From the NCBI GenBank assembly GCA_018671175.1, contig JABHIE010000030.1, positions 2,146-66,145 of the forward strand: 64,000 nucleotides of DNA, written 5' to 3'. A program made the translations under genes and the position numbers. The number at the start of each line of letters is the position of its first letter. Positions within the stretch are counted from its first letter, which is position 1. Of the stretch, positions 47,694-56,656 are shown one piece after another. The DNA comes from Planctomycetota bacterium (GTDB lineage Bacteria > Planctomycetota > UBA1135). The notes under the pieces were generated by a model. That model made no database searches and had not been told where the DNA came from. It saw only the letters and a list, made by a program, of their open reading frames with translations.

Positions 47694-48527
47694 ATGCCTA
47701 AACTTCCCGCACCGCCTCAATGCCACACTGAGCTTGCTACGAAAGTATTGTGCGGTTTCCTCCGCGAAGAATCCCATAGAGCAGGTTTTCAAAAAGCGGT
47801 ATTAGGGCTCTCTGGCGGCATCGATTCGGCTTTGGTCGTCGAGCTTGCCGCCCGCGCTCTTGGCCCCGAAAATGTACTTGCTGTGGCTATGCCCTATCGC
47901 ACCAGCAACCCCATCAGCCTTGAGTTGGCGCAAGACTCGGCATTGCACGCCGGTGTTGCGCTCGAAGTCGTCGACATCTCGACAATGGCCGATGCGTGTA
48001 TTGACCAAGCCGGCGAAACAGATTCGCTGCGACGCGGCAACATCATGGCTCGCGCGCGCATGATTACGCTTTACGACCGCTCAGCTCGCGACAACGCTTT
48101 GGTTTTGGGCACGAGCAACAAGACCGAGTTGCTGCTCGGTTATGGCACGATTCATGGCGACATGGCGTCCGCACTCAACCCTGTGGGCGATTTATATAAA
48201 TCACAAATTGTTGCGCTTTCTAGGCACTTGGGCGTGCCAAAAGCAATCATCTATAGGCCGCCAAGTGCTGACCTCTGGAGCGGCCAAACCGACGAAGAAG
48301 AGCTCGGCTTTACCTACGATGCCGTTGACGCCCTACTGGTGCGACTCGTCGATGAGCTTTGGTCTCGCGACCAACTAATCGAAGCGGGGTTTGCGACTGA
48401 CTTTGTTGACGGCGTCCGTCAGCGGATTCGCATCAACCAATACAAACGACGCCCACCATTGATTGCAAAGGTCGCCAATCGCACGGTAAATTTAGATTTC
48501 CGGTATGCGCGTGACTGGGGTACTTAA
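47694..48527 (+). CDS. nadE: NAD+ synthetase
   Basis: GLSGGIDS, GN.MAR.RM, GTSNKTE, PPSADL. Confidence 0.96.
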   Translation: MPKLPAPPQCHTELATKVLCGFLREESHRAGFQKAVLGLSGGIDSALVVELAARALGPENVLAVAMPYRTSNPISLELAQDSALHAGVALEVVDISTMADACIDQAGETDSLRRGNIMARARMITLYDRSARDNALVLGTSNKTELLLGYGTIHGDMASALNPVGDLYKSQIVALSRHLGVPKAIIYRPPSADLWSGQTDEEELGFTYDAVDALLVRLVDELWSRDQLIEAGFATDFVDGVRQRIRINQYKRRPPLIAKVANRTVNLDFRYARDWGT

Positions 48528-48853
48528 CCTGCCGACAACGCCTCGGCCAGCGCATCAAAATCAGTCTCGGCCAGCTCTTCGGCAGTAATCGGATCGTGCT
48601 CGCGCAAAGCCGATTGCGCATGACGGCAAACATCAAGCGTATTTGTCAATCGCCGGCGCTTGGCAAAGAGGTCTTCTGCCTCAATTGGCGAAAGCCGAGC
48701 TAGGCGGCGCTCAAGTTTGTTACGCGAGATTTCTAGGACTGCAATCAGCGACTCAACTTTTACAAGCAAGTCGCGGCGCTTGGCTGGACAGTCAAGCAGT
48801 CGGTTGGATGAGGGGGGGGTTTTCTCGAACATGAGGGTGAAAGGGTTGCCCAA
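48524..48853 (-). CDS. Hypothetical coiled-coil protein
   Basis: Last gene of a co-oriented run; helical composition. Confidence 0.55.
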   Translation of the reverse strand: MGNPFTLMFEKTPPSSNRLLDCPAKRRDLLVKVESLIAVLEISRNKLERRLARLSPIEAEDLFAKRRRLTNTLDVCRHAQSALREHDPITAEELAETDFDALAEALSAG

Positions 48854-48861
48854 GAGTACCC

Positions 48862-50640
48862 CTAAAAAGCTCTCACTGCGCGCAAAAGCGGAAAATCGAG
48901 TCGGTAATTTAGACCGGCGAGCAATGCGCCAATGCCGTCGCCATTGCGGGTGTCGCCGAGGTGCCCAAGAGCCATGATGAAATGTGAATACCGACTAGAG
49001 TCAACTTCGGGTTCGCCAACATCTGCCAACAAAGTGACTAAAGCGTCGAGCGCCTTTTTAGTGCGAACCTCTGAAAGTGCGTGCGCAGCAGCCCAACGCA
49101 CCTCGGCATCGTTTGCCCTAGAAATCAAGCCAACCAGCTGCTCACCGGCAAGTGGGTGCGTGCAAAAACCCAAACCCCACGCCACGCCACGCTGAGCTTC
49201 AGCGGGCAATTTATTTCGATTCGCAAGCGCGAATAGATGCTCGGTTGCGGCTAAACCATCGAGCAAGCCAAGACCATTGGAAATGTAACCCACAAAATCA
49301 GGGGCAAGCCCCTGCTGGCGGATGACTTTTAACAACAACACCTCGTCTTCTTCTTGGCCATAAAAACCCAAGCCGAGAGCAAAGGCGCCACGAAGCCGCT
49401 CTTCATCACGACGGATCTTGCCTTCAATTTTCAAAACATCTTCGATCGGCTTGCGACTCACAAACTCAGAAGCCAATAATTTATGAAGCTCTTCGGATTG
49501 GGCAAAGCCAACAGCAAGGCCCCACGCGGCATGAAGTTGCCGATGACGGCGAATACCATCAAGCATGCCTTTTAGCGCTTGAATCGCTTCATCTCCGCCA
49601 ATACGGCCAATCGCCAGTATTGAAAAAAGGCGGGTTTCGGTGTCTTTTGAATCATTCACCTGTGTTAACAAAGCCGGGATTGCACCCATTGGTGAGCGCA
49701 AACGCCCTAAAGCTTGCACGGCCGCTCGCTGGATTTCGAAATCTCTTGAAGCCGACTGCCCCACCAAAAACGCGGCTGCAATTGGGTCGCCCATATTGCC
49801 CAAAGCCTGGATTAGAAAAATGCGCAGCCGGCGAGAATCGCGAGCCGCACCGCCCTCTAACTTTTGGCACGCTTCGACAAATAAAGTCGTAAAGCCATGG
49901 TCGGGGAAAAGCCCGGCCGCCCAAACCATAGCCAGCAGCAAATCGTTGTCGCCAATCAGGATTTTCTCCGGCGTTAAATCACCCTTCAATTGCTGCATTA
50001 AAAAAGTCGCTGCCTCATTTCGGCCAGAAAGCCCCAACCCCAAAGCGGCAAATTGCCTGTCAGCCATTGGCTTATTGCGATCAGCGAGGGTCTCGGCAAG
50101 CAAGCCGACATTGCGTGAATCATGCATCAATCCCAGCCCGACTAACGCCGCCTGCCGCACTTGCACAATGCGGTCATTTGCAGCCTCGATCAACAAACCC
50201 CGGGTTGCGAAGGCACCCACTCGACCCAAAGCCACGGCCGCCGACTCGCGAAGCTCAGGGTGGCTTGACTTTAAAGCATCAACAAGCAATGGAATCGCCG
50301 CCTTCTGAAACTCATCTGCCGAAAAAGCGTTGGCGCCATTCCCGTAACGCTTGTCTTCCCCTAGAACGCTAGGCAAAGGCTCGCCGGGCCCGCGAAAAAG
50401 CAACAGACGCTCATGCTCAAACCAAAACTCCCAACGCTCGTAACCATCGACCATCCGAGGTGCAGCGTCGACTGCGTTTCCGGCACCCGCCTGGTATTTG
50501 GAAGCGGCATCTGTCTGTCGCTGCGTTTCGAAGGCTTGTTCAAGCAGAACTTGACTGTAGGGGCCACGATAAGCGCCACGCACCAAAGGCACTTCTTGGG
50601 CGAGTGGCAAGAGAAGAGGCAGAACGGCGAGCAACATCAT
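48862..50640 (-). CDS. Exported HEAT-repeat protein
   Basis: Signal peptide; repeated VR.AA..ALG motifs. Confidence 0.88.
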   Translation of the reverse strand: MMLLAVLPLLLPLAQEVPLVRGAYRGPYSQVLLEQAFETQRQTDAASKYQAGAGNAVDAAPRMVDGYERWEFWFEHERLLLFRGPGEPLPSVLGEDKRYGNGANAFSADEFQKAAIPLLVDALKSSHPELRESAAVALGRVGAFATRGLLIEAANDRIVQVRQAALVGLGLMHDSRNVGLLAETLADRNKPMADRQFAALGLGLSGRNEAATFLMQQLKGDLTPEKILIGDNDLLLAMVWAAGLFPDHGFTTLFVEACQKLEGGAARDSRRLRIFLIQALGNMGDPIAAAFLVGQSASRDFEIQRAAVQALGRLRSPMGAIPALLTQVNDSKDTETRLFSILAIGRIGGDEAIQALKGMLDGIRRHRQLHAAWGLAVGFAQSEELHKLLASEFVSRKPIEDVLKIEGKIRRDEERLRGAFALGLGFYGQEEDEVLLLKVIRQQGLAPDFVGYISNGLGLLDGLAATEHLFALANRNKLPAEAQRGVAWGLGFCTHPLAGEQLVGLISRANDAEVRWAAAHALSEVRTKKALDALVTLLADVGEPEVDSSRYSHFIMALGHLGDTRNGDGIGALLAGLNYRLDFPLLRAVRAF

Positions 50641-50684
50641 GAGTTGCTTTACACCCTATCCGCCACAAAGACAAGAGGCCAAAC

Positions 50685-51749
50685 TTAGTCGAACAGCGAG
50701 CCGAGCATCGCCATCAGCTCATCTGTGGGCAAAGGCGCGACAATAAAAATCTCGCGGCCGTCGAAAAGCCCTTCGACAACACGGATGCCGCCCAAATCAG
50801 AATATCGCGCGCCAGCCAATTGACCCGTGCCCGTGCTCTGCCCTGGGCCGCCGCCACGAGTAATATTGCGTTGTTGCGCAAAAAACAGTGTGCGAAGCCC
50901 ATCATCAAGCACATCAAGGTGCAAGTTAAGGATGTCAGGGAAAATCGTTTCAACCAAGACCATGCGCTCTTCGCTAGTCGCAAAACCTTGCGGGATGTAG
51001 CGAGCAGGCGTTGGCTCAAAGCCCAAAGTCGCGATATCAGCCGCCGAACCCGTGTAAGCCTGGTTTGGCGCAGCGGGCGTAGACCAAGCTATGCCTGTGT
51101 GATCGGGGGCCCAATCTAGGGAAACCGTCGTGCTGGTCATAGTAATTTGACCCTCTGTATCGCGGAGAGACCAACCCATAAGCAGCCTCGTATCAGCCGC
51201 GATAACAAACTCAACGGCGCCAAAGCCAAAGCGGCTCGTTGCGCTGTAGCGGTCGCAAAGCACGCCTGCAACGGTGGTTACGCCGAATTCTTCGTGCCAT
51301 TCGTAGTTTTGCCGCACGCGTAGCGAGTTGCCAAAATGCAAGTCGCGGAAGCTCACCAAGTATCGTTGCCGGCGATCAAACGCCGCAAACTGAATATCAC
51401 TCGGCAATGAAAAACCCATAGGGTTGTCAAGGGCCACTCCTAGTAAATCAAGCCGGAATTCGCCCGCGCCATCTGCATGCAAAGCCTCGTGCTGCCAAGT
51501 CATGCGGCCAGCGGAATTCAAAACGCCTAGATGCCGCTCGACGCGAAGATTTTCTTGCTCGGGATAAACAACACTAGGCAAAGACCACTCGCCAGCTGCG
51601 ATCGATTGGTTGGTGCCAAAACCGCCCTGACTGCTTTGCGATAAAGAAGAGGGGCCTGTCTGTGCGCCCTGCTCTACAGGAAGGCAGCTAACAAGCGTCG
51701 CCGAAATAAGAACGGCGAGGGATACAGAAAAGCGAGATAAACGAAACAT
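50685..51749 (-). CDS. RseB/MucB-like periplasmic lipoprotein
   Basis: LVSC lipobox; VAG..C, P.YIP.GF, DGLRTLF motifs; third gene of the ECF operon. Confidence 0.7.
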   Translation of the reverse strand: MFRLSRFSVSLAVLISATLVSCLPVEQGAQTGPSSLSQSSQGGFGTNQSIAAGEWSLPSVVYPEQENLRVERHLGVLNSAGRMTWQHEALHADGAGEFRLDLLGVALDNPMGFSLPSDIQFAAFDRRQRYLVSFRDLHFGNSLRVRQNYEWHEEFGVTTVAGVLCDRYSATSRFGFGAVEFVIAADTRLLMGWSLRDTEGQITMTSTTVSLDWAPDHTGIAWSTPAAPNQAYTGSAADIATLGFEPTPARYIPQGFATSEERMVLVETIFPDILNLHLDVLDDGLRTLFFAQQRNITRGGGPGQSTGTGQLAGARYSDLGGIRVVEGLFDGREIFIVAPLPTDELMAMLGSLFD

Positions 51750-52288
51750 TAGAGGGCTTGCCCCCGAGTTGCAGGGGTGGTGGCGCCTAACGAACTCGCC
51801 AAACCGCGGGCGGTTGGCGACAACTGAGAAGGCGTGACTTTTTGCGCAAAGACGCGAGCGCGATACTGGTCACGCAAGGCGGCCTGCTCGGCGCGGATGG
51901 TCGAAGCTTGAGCCAGCAAGTCTTGCGTGGAAGTAGCGTTGTTGGCATTGGAGCGCATTACGATGAAGCTCACACCAACAAAAAGAAGCAAAGCCGCAGC
52001 AGCGGGTAGCCTGACTGGGGCAACTGAAGCGACCCAAGTAGGGAAAGAAAGGAGGCGGCCCCCGTGCGATGGGGATGGAGTTGCGGCAGACAAAACGGAA
52101 TGAGTCGTTGCAATTTCGCAAAGCTCAGGCTGGACGCGAGACCAGAGCTCATCAGGGGCTTTCTCCTGGCCCATGAGCGACATCGCAACCCTTTGATCGA
52201 GCTCGCTAGGAGCCGCCAAATCGCCCAACCCAAAGAGCGCGTCCTGCAGCTCTTGTGGTAGTTCGAGGTTTTCGTTGTCGTGATTCAT
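51749..52288 (-). CDS. Single-pass anti-sigma factor (RseA-like position)
   Basis: AP.EL..RV repeated twice, AAAALLL TM segment; start MNHDN. Confidence 0.7.
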   Translation of the reverse strand: MNHDNENLELPQELQDALFGLGDLAAPSELDQRVAMSLMGQEKAPDELWSRVQPELCEIATTHSVLSAATPSPSHGGRLLSFPTWVASVAPVRLPAAAALLLFVGVSFIVMRSNANNATSTQDLLAQASTIRAEQAALRDQYRARVFAQKVTPSQLSPTARGLASSLGATTPATRGQAL

Positions 52289-52301
52289 GGTTAGAGGGGA
52301 G

Positions 52302-52910
52302 TTAATTGAGGTGCAGTGTGCTGCCACCTCGCTGGGCCAAATAGTCGCGGAGTGCGCCATGGGCCCGGTTTAATCGAGATTTCACTGTACCAAGCTCGCA
52401 TTGAATCGTCTCGGCAATTTCTTCGTAGCTGAGATTTTGCGTGTAGCGCAAAACTAGTAGAGAAGAGAACTTAGGGTTGATGTGCTGAAGAGCCTCGCGG
52501 ACGGCGAGCCTTGATTCGCTGCGAGCTGCATTGCGCACAGGGTCAGTCGATTCGTCAGCCGGAGTGGCTTCTTGCATCTTTTCTGTTTCAACTCCGCCCA
52601 CCGTGGTGCGAACCCCGGCGCGAGTGGTGTCGAGGCGCCGTCGCCGCACATCAATGGCGGAGTTAACGGCAATGCGATAAACCCAGGAAGAGAAACGGGA
52701 TCGCCAGGCAAAATCGCCAATGCGGCGGGCCAAGGTGACCATTGTTTCTTGGGCTGCGTCAAGCGCATCGTCACGGTTATTGGTGACGCGAAAACAGATT
52801 GTGAAAACCCGATCTTTGAAAAGAGCGTAAACCTTTGCGTAAGCGGCCTCAAATTCTTCAGTGCTAGCTTGTTGGCAAGCAACGACGAGTTCTTTTTCGA
52901 GGTCTGACAC
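52302..52910 (-). CDS. ECF sigma factor (RpoE/SigW-like)
   Basis: DA.DAAQE, FSSWVYRIAVN, SYEEIAE....GTVKSRLNRA. Confidence 0.95.
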   Translation of the reverse strand: MSDLEKELVVACQQASTEEFEAAYAKVYALFKDRVFTICFRVTNNRDDALDAAQETMVTLARRIGDFAWRSRFSSWVYRIAVNSAIDVRRRRLDTTRAGVRTTVGGVETEKMQEATPADESTDPVRNAARSESRLAVREALQHINPKFSSLLVLRYTQNLSYEEIAETIQCELGTVKSRLNRAHGALRDYLAQRGGSTLHLN

Positions 52911-52923
52911 TTAGGTTCGCTTT

Positions 52924-52952
52924 TAGGACGGGAGGAAAACGGGGAGAGTTCC
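52924..52952 (-). promoter_or_regulatory. ECF-type autoregulatory promoter
   Basis: GGAACT-N16-CGTCCTA immediately upstream of the ECF gene. Confidence 0.7.
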
Positions 52953-52997
52953 GCTTTATTTTAAGGTTCTAAGGGTATCCGCAAGAACGGTCAAGGC

Positions 52998-53021
52998 GTA
53001 ACAAGCCATGTGGCTTGTTAC
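52998..53021. terminator. Inverted repeat after the S8 protease (terminator or operator)
   Basis: GTAACAAGCCA-TG-TGGCTTGTTAC; no clear U-tract. Confidence 0.45.
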
Positions 53022-53031
53022 ACCCGTTGCC

Positions 53032-55101
53032 CTAAAGGATACTCGTAGCGACGACATCGCTAACTTCGCCCATCTGAAGGGCTTGAAGCCAAACGCTGAC
53101 ACCTGAACTGCCACCCGGAATCGGTAGTGACCAAGAGCCGTCACCGTTTGCGTCAACCGTGAGCACCGAGCCGGCCTGCTGTGGAGACGCCAAATCAAGA
53201 GTTACGCCAAGTGCGCCAATCGGCGTGCTGCCTAAACCAGCGAGACTGTAAGCCAGCCATGCGGGTGCCGATGCTGTCGCGTCAGCAAGATTCACAATTG
53301 CAGTAACGCCAGGAATAAGCGCCGATGAAGTCAATGACATGCCCTGACCTCCGCCCTGGCCATCGTGGCCGTAGATGCGAAGCTCGAAGTTATCCCAAGT
53401 ACCTGTTGTGCCACTGGTGCGGTCAGAAACATGGATTGTCCAGTCGCCGTTGGAGCGCTCATCCCAATGGCGCACGGTTGTGAAAACATAATTGTTGTAA
53501 TTGTTTTGACTATCATTTCGCGTAGCTGCTAAAACAGATTTTGTGCCAGAGGGCGAGATCAATTCAACGCGTAAATGGCCAATAGAATTATGAGTCGCTT
53601 TTAGGCGTAGCTCGACATTTTCGACTGAAATATCATTAGGGACACTTACGATTCTGTCAACGCCAGCATCATTATTGTCAGGGATGGATTGACCAACCGA
53701 AACGCTTCCTGTCCGGAGCTCTAATTCTGGGCCTACATTTGCCCAACCCGCCGCGAGGTTGCATGCTGCATCGGCATCCATTGCGCCGAAGCCGTAGTTG
53801 TAGTTGATGTCAAGACCGCCGCCGTTTATTTTCCAGTCGCTATTGTTTGGTGCGCATTTGCGTGCACTTTTAATGACAACATGCTGGACATCCCGCCAAG
53901 TCAAACCGGGGTTTGCGTCTAGAACTAGGGCGATAACGCCAGCTCCGAGTGGGGCGGCAGAAGATGTACCACCAAAACTGCTGGTGTAGCCACTGCCTGA
54001 ATCGGTTGTCCAGATGCTGCGACTATTACCACTTGATTGAGCAACCACCATCATGGATGAACCCTTCTCGTTGTAGTAAGCGCGCGTATCGTTATCGCCA
54101 ATGGCGCCGACCGCAATCGTGTAACGGCTGGATGCGTAGGGGTCGTAATCAGAACGGTCAGCCGTGCCGCCATTGCCAGCAGCCCAAGTGAATATTTCAC
54201 CTAAACCACCGCGACCAGTTGTAACGCTTTCTTCGAGTGCACTCAGCTCAACGGAAGACAAATATGTAACGGTTCCGTCGTCATAAGGGCCCCATGAATT
54301 ATTCTTAATATCATTCAAATCATTGCGATGCTTAAATGCATTTGCTGTGTTTGAACTAGACCCATAAGTGTGGCGACTCCATTGAGCATCGTATGCGGCA
54401 CCGACAACGCCACGGTTGTTGTTTGCAACGGCGGCAATGACGCCAGCGACACTCGTGCCGTGGCTGCTAGAAGATGATGTAGAACTCGCTGTCGAGTTAT
54501 AGTTGCCCTGCAAGTCAGGGTGGTTGTTTTGCGAGCCGCCATCAATCACACCAACAATCACGCCCGTGCCGGTGTAGCCGTTGTTCCATGCGGGCTCAAC
54601 ATTCGCGTCTGCCTGAGTGTTGGAAGTGTTGCGGAGATGCCACTGATTTGAAAAATACTGGTCGTTAGGCAAGGCCTTGAAAGTGAGAGGGCGTTGCAGG
54701 TCAAGGTAAACCGCGCCTTCTGGGTAGAGGGGTAAAAGCGCGCTCGTCATCGAAATGGCGGATGCGACCGTCCCTGTGGAAACGAGCCAGAAATTGTCTA
54801 CGGGTAGGGGTTGAATCACTCCCCCGCCAAAATCTTGGACCACGGCTTTGAGCAAATCAGAATTGCCCGACTCGACAATCACGCCATCCGTAAGCGTAAA
54901 GCCTGATGTAGGCGCCGGAATCACGCCGAACTGATCTCGGTGGTCGGCATTTTGCCGCTCAGCTGCACTCTCGGCGGCAAGCGGGGTCGAGACCCAAAAA
55001 GTCTCAACAGCGTGACCCGTGTAAACGGAGTAAAAATCTGATTCCGTAGAACCAGCAGGAGCGCCGACCTGGAGGGCGGCTATCAACAGAGGGATGAGCA
55101 T
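53032..55101 (-). CDS. Kexin/furin-like S8 serine protease with P domain and C-terminal extension
   Basis: IDGG, HGTSVAG, NNSWGP, AAGNG, GTSSAAP, LTWRDVQH, YGFG; P domain (L.SPSGT, G.W.I.V.D). Confidence 0.95.
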   Translation of the reverse strand: MLIPLLIAALQVGAPAGSTESDFYSVYTGHAVETFWVSTPLAAESAAERQNADHRDQFGVIPAPTSGFTLTDGVIVESGNSDLLKAVVQDFGGGVIQPLPVDNFWLVSTGTVASAISMTSALLPLYPEGAVYLDLQRPLTFKALPNDQYFSNQWHLRNTSNTQADANVEPAWNNGYTGTGVIVGVIDGGSQNNHPDLQGNYNSTASSTSSSSSHGTSVAGVIAAVANNNRGVVGAAYDAQWSRHTYGSSSNTANAFKHRNDLNDIKNNSWGPYDDGTVTYLSSVELSALEESVTTGRGGLGEIFTWAAGNGGTADRSDYDPYASSRYTIAVGAIGDNDTRAYYNEKGSSMMVVAQSSGNSRSIWTTDSGSGYTSSFGGTSSAAPLGAGVIALVLDANPGLTWRDVQHVVIKSARKCAPNNSDWKINGGGLDINYNYGFGAMDADAACNLAAGWANVGPELELRTGSVSVGQSIPDNNDAGVDRIVSVPNDISVENVELRLKATHNSIGHLRVELISPSGTKSVLAATRNDSQNNYNNYVFTTVRHWDERSNGDWTIHVSDRTSGTTGTWDNFELRIYGHDGQGGGQGMSLTSSALIPGVTAIVNLADATASAPAWLAYSLAGLGSTPIGALGVTLDLASPQQAGSVLTVDANGDGSWSLPIPGGSSGVSVWLQALQMGEVSDVVATSIL

Positions 55102-55106
55102 GTCGG

Positions 55107-55134
55107 TAGGACGAGTGAAACGAAAACAAGTTCC
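55107..55134 (-). promoter_or_regulatory. Second copy of the ECF promoter motif
   Basis: GGAACT-N15-CGTCCTA, 5 nt before the protease ATG. Confidence 0.5.
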
Positions 55135-55182
55135 CAAAAGTTGCTTGGGAACTATATTTTCTAGTTTATCGCAATTTGGTAC

Positions 55183-55866
55183 CTACGACACATATTTCCG
55201 CTTTGCCTGGACAACTTCCATGTCTTCGGTTTCGATGCAATAAGCCGTCAGCGACCCACCGTAGACGCAGCCAGTATCGAGGCCTAGCGCCACCAAGCGC
55301 CCGCCAGCAAAGCATGTGCGGGGCGTCTTCCCTGGCGTGTGCCCAAACAAAACAAGCTCAGGGCCTTGCCAAAGTTCGTACCAGTAAGGCTGGCCTGGCA
55401 TTTCATGAATACGCCGCAAGCGAGTGAGATGAAGCGGGTGCGTCTGCTCAAGCGGAACACCAGGCACGACGCCCGCGTGGACCACAATCCAGGGCTGGCC
55501 GTTGTGCACACCTTGCACGAAAAGTGGGCGATTTTGAATCAATGACAACAACTCAACGGCCTCATCATCTGTAACGGGCGACATGGGCGTGCCGCCGTCA
55601 CCGGCCAAGTCAGCTTGGACGAGCTTGTCGCCGAGACTTGCAGCGCGTGCCTCATGCTCAAGCAACACTCGCTCATGGTTACCAAGAACAATCTCAAGAT
55701 TAGGCACCGACGACAAGCAACGGGCAACGCCCACAGGGTCTGGGCCGCGATGGTAAAGATCACCCACGCAAATCAGTTGGTCGCTTGGAGCGAGTCTTAG
55801 TTGATTAACTAACTGAATAAGCTCGTCTGCGCATCCGTGTATATCTCCGACAACCCAAGTAGCCAT
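55183..55866 (-). CDS. Metallophosphoesterase (PPP/ApaH/PrpE-like)
   Basis: GDIHG, GDLYHRGP, GNHE, VHAG, FGHT, LDTGC. Confidence 0.92.
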   Translation of the reverse strand: MATWVVGDIHGCADELIQLVNQLRLAPSDQLICVGDLYHRGPDPVGVARCLSSVPNLEIVLGNHERVLLEHEARAASLGDKLVQADLAGDGGTPMSPVTDDEAVELLSLIQNRPLFVQGVHNGQPWIVVHAGVVPGVPLEQTHPLHLTRLRRIHEMPGQPYWYELWQGPELVLFGHTPGKTPRTCFAGGRLVALGLDTGCVYGGSLTAYCIETEDMEVVQAKRKYVS

Positions 55867-55919
55867 AGCATTAAGATACCATCGCCTTATGATGGGGCTC
55901 CACGGAATTCCAGCCCCCC

Positions 55920-56654
55920 ATGATTTTTTCCCGTTTCGCATCCCTTTTCATCGCCGCGGCATTGTTTGCGGCTTGCTCGTCCCCCGAGATTTCGGGTGGA
56001 GCAAACCCCGACGATTTACCCACGCCTTCGGTCAACACCTTTGATTACCTGGTTGGCCCCGGTGATGTCTTGCGCGTCAATGTTGCCGGCCACCCCGCCC
56101 TGTCTTCTGGGCCATACCGGAACAATGCTCCTGGCTCTCCCGTCGACGGCCAGGGCTCGATTCAGCTGCCCTATGTGGGCTCGCTCATTGTTTCGGGTAA
56201 AACCGTTCATGAAATCAAAGCTGATCTGCAAACGCGATTGCTTGAGTATCTCAAGCGCCCTTTCGTTGATGTAAGCGTCGTCGAATTTGGCTCACAGCGC
56301 ATCTATGTCATGGGTGAAGTCCGCAAGCCTGGGTCGTTTACTTTTGATCGCCCGATTACGGCCATGCAGGCCCTCAGCCTTACGGGCGGTTTCACCGATG
56401 ATGCAAACCGCGAGCAAGTCGCTCTAGTCCGCGGTGATGTGACGCCAGAAAACATTGTCTTGTTTGACGCCGAGCACCTCAATTCCGGGGGCGATTTCGC
56501 ACTCGCTTCAGGCGACATGCTCTTCATTAGTCGCCATAAATGGGCCGGCGTTGGCGCGGTCGCAAGAGACCTCATCCCCATTTTGCAGCTCATCTCCGTG
56601 CCCGTCGGCACGGCGCGCGATGTTGCGCTTTTCGAAGATATTCGTAGCCGATAA
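55920..56654 (+). CDS. wza: Polysaccharide export lipoprotein (Wza/OPX family)
   Basis: FAAC lipobox; Y.VGPGDVL, DGQG.I.LPYVG, V.GEV.KPG (SLBB). Confidence 0.9.
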   Translation: MIFSRFASLFIAAALFAACSSPEISGGANPDDLPTPSVNTFDYLVGPGDVLRVNVAGHPALSSGPYRNNAPGSPVDGQGSIQLPYVGSLIVSGKTVHEIKADLQTRLLEYLKRPFVDVSVVEFGSQRIYVMGEVRKPGSFTFDRPITAMQALSLTGGFTDDANREQVALVRGDVTPENIVLFDAEHLNSGGDFALASGDMLFISRHKWAGVGAVARDLIPILQLISVPVGTARDVALFEDIRSR

Positions 56655-56656
56655 AT

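Noticed and set aside
49640-50308. Long antisense ORFs (also 7528-8214, 31525-32220, 46182-46868)
   Set aside because: Shadows of well-supported genes on the opposite strand, with no motifs
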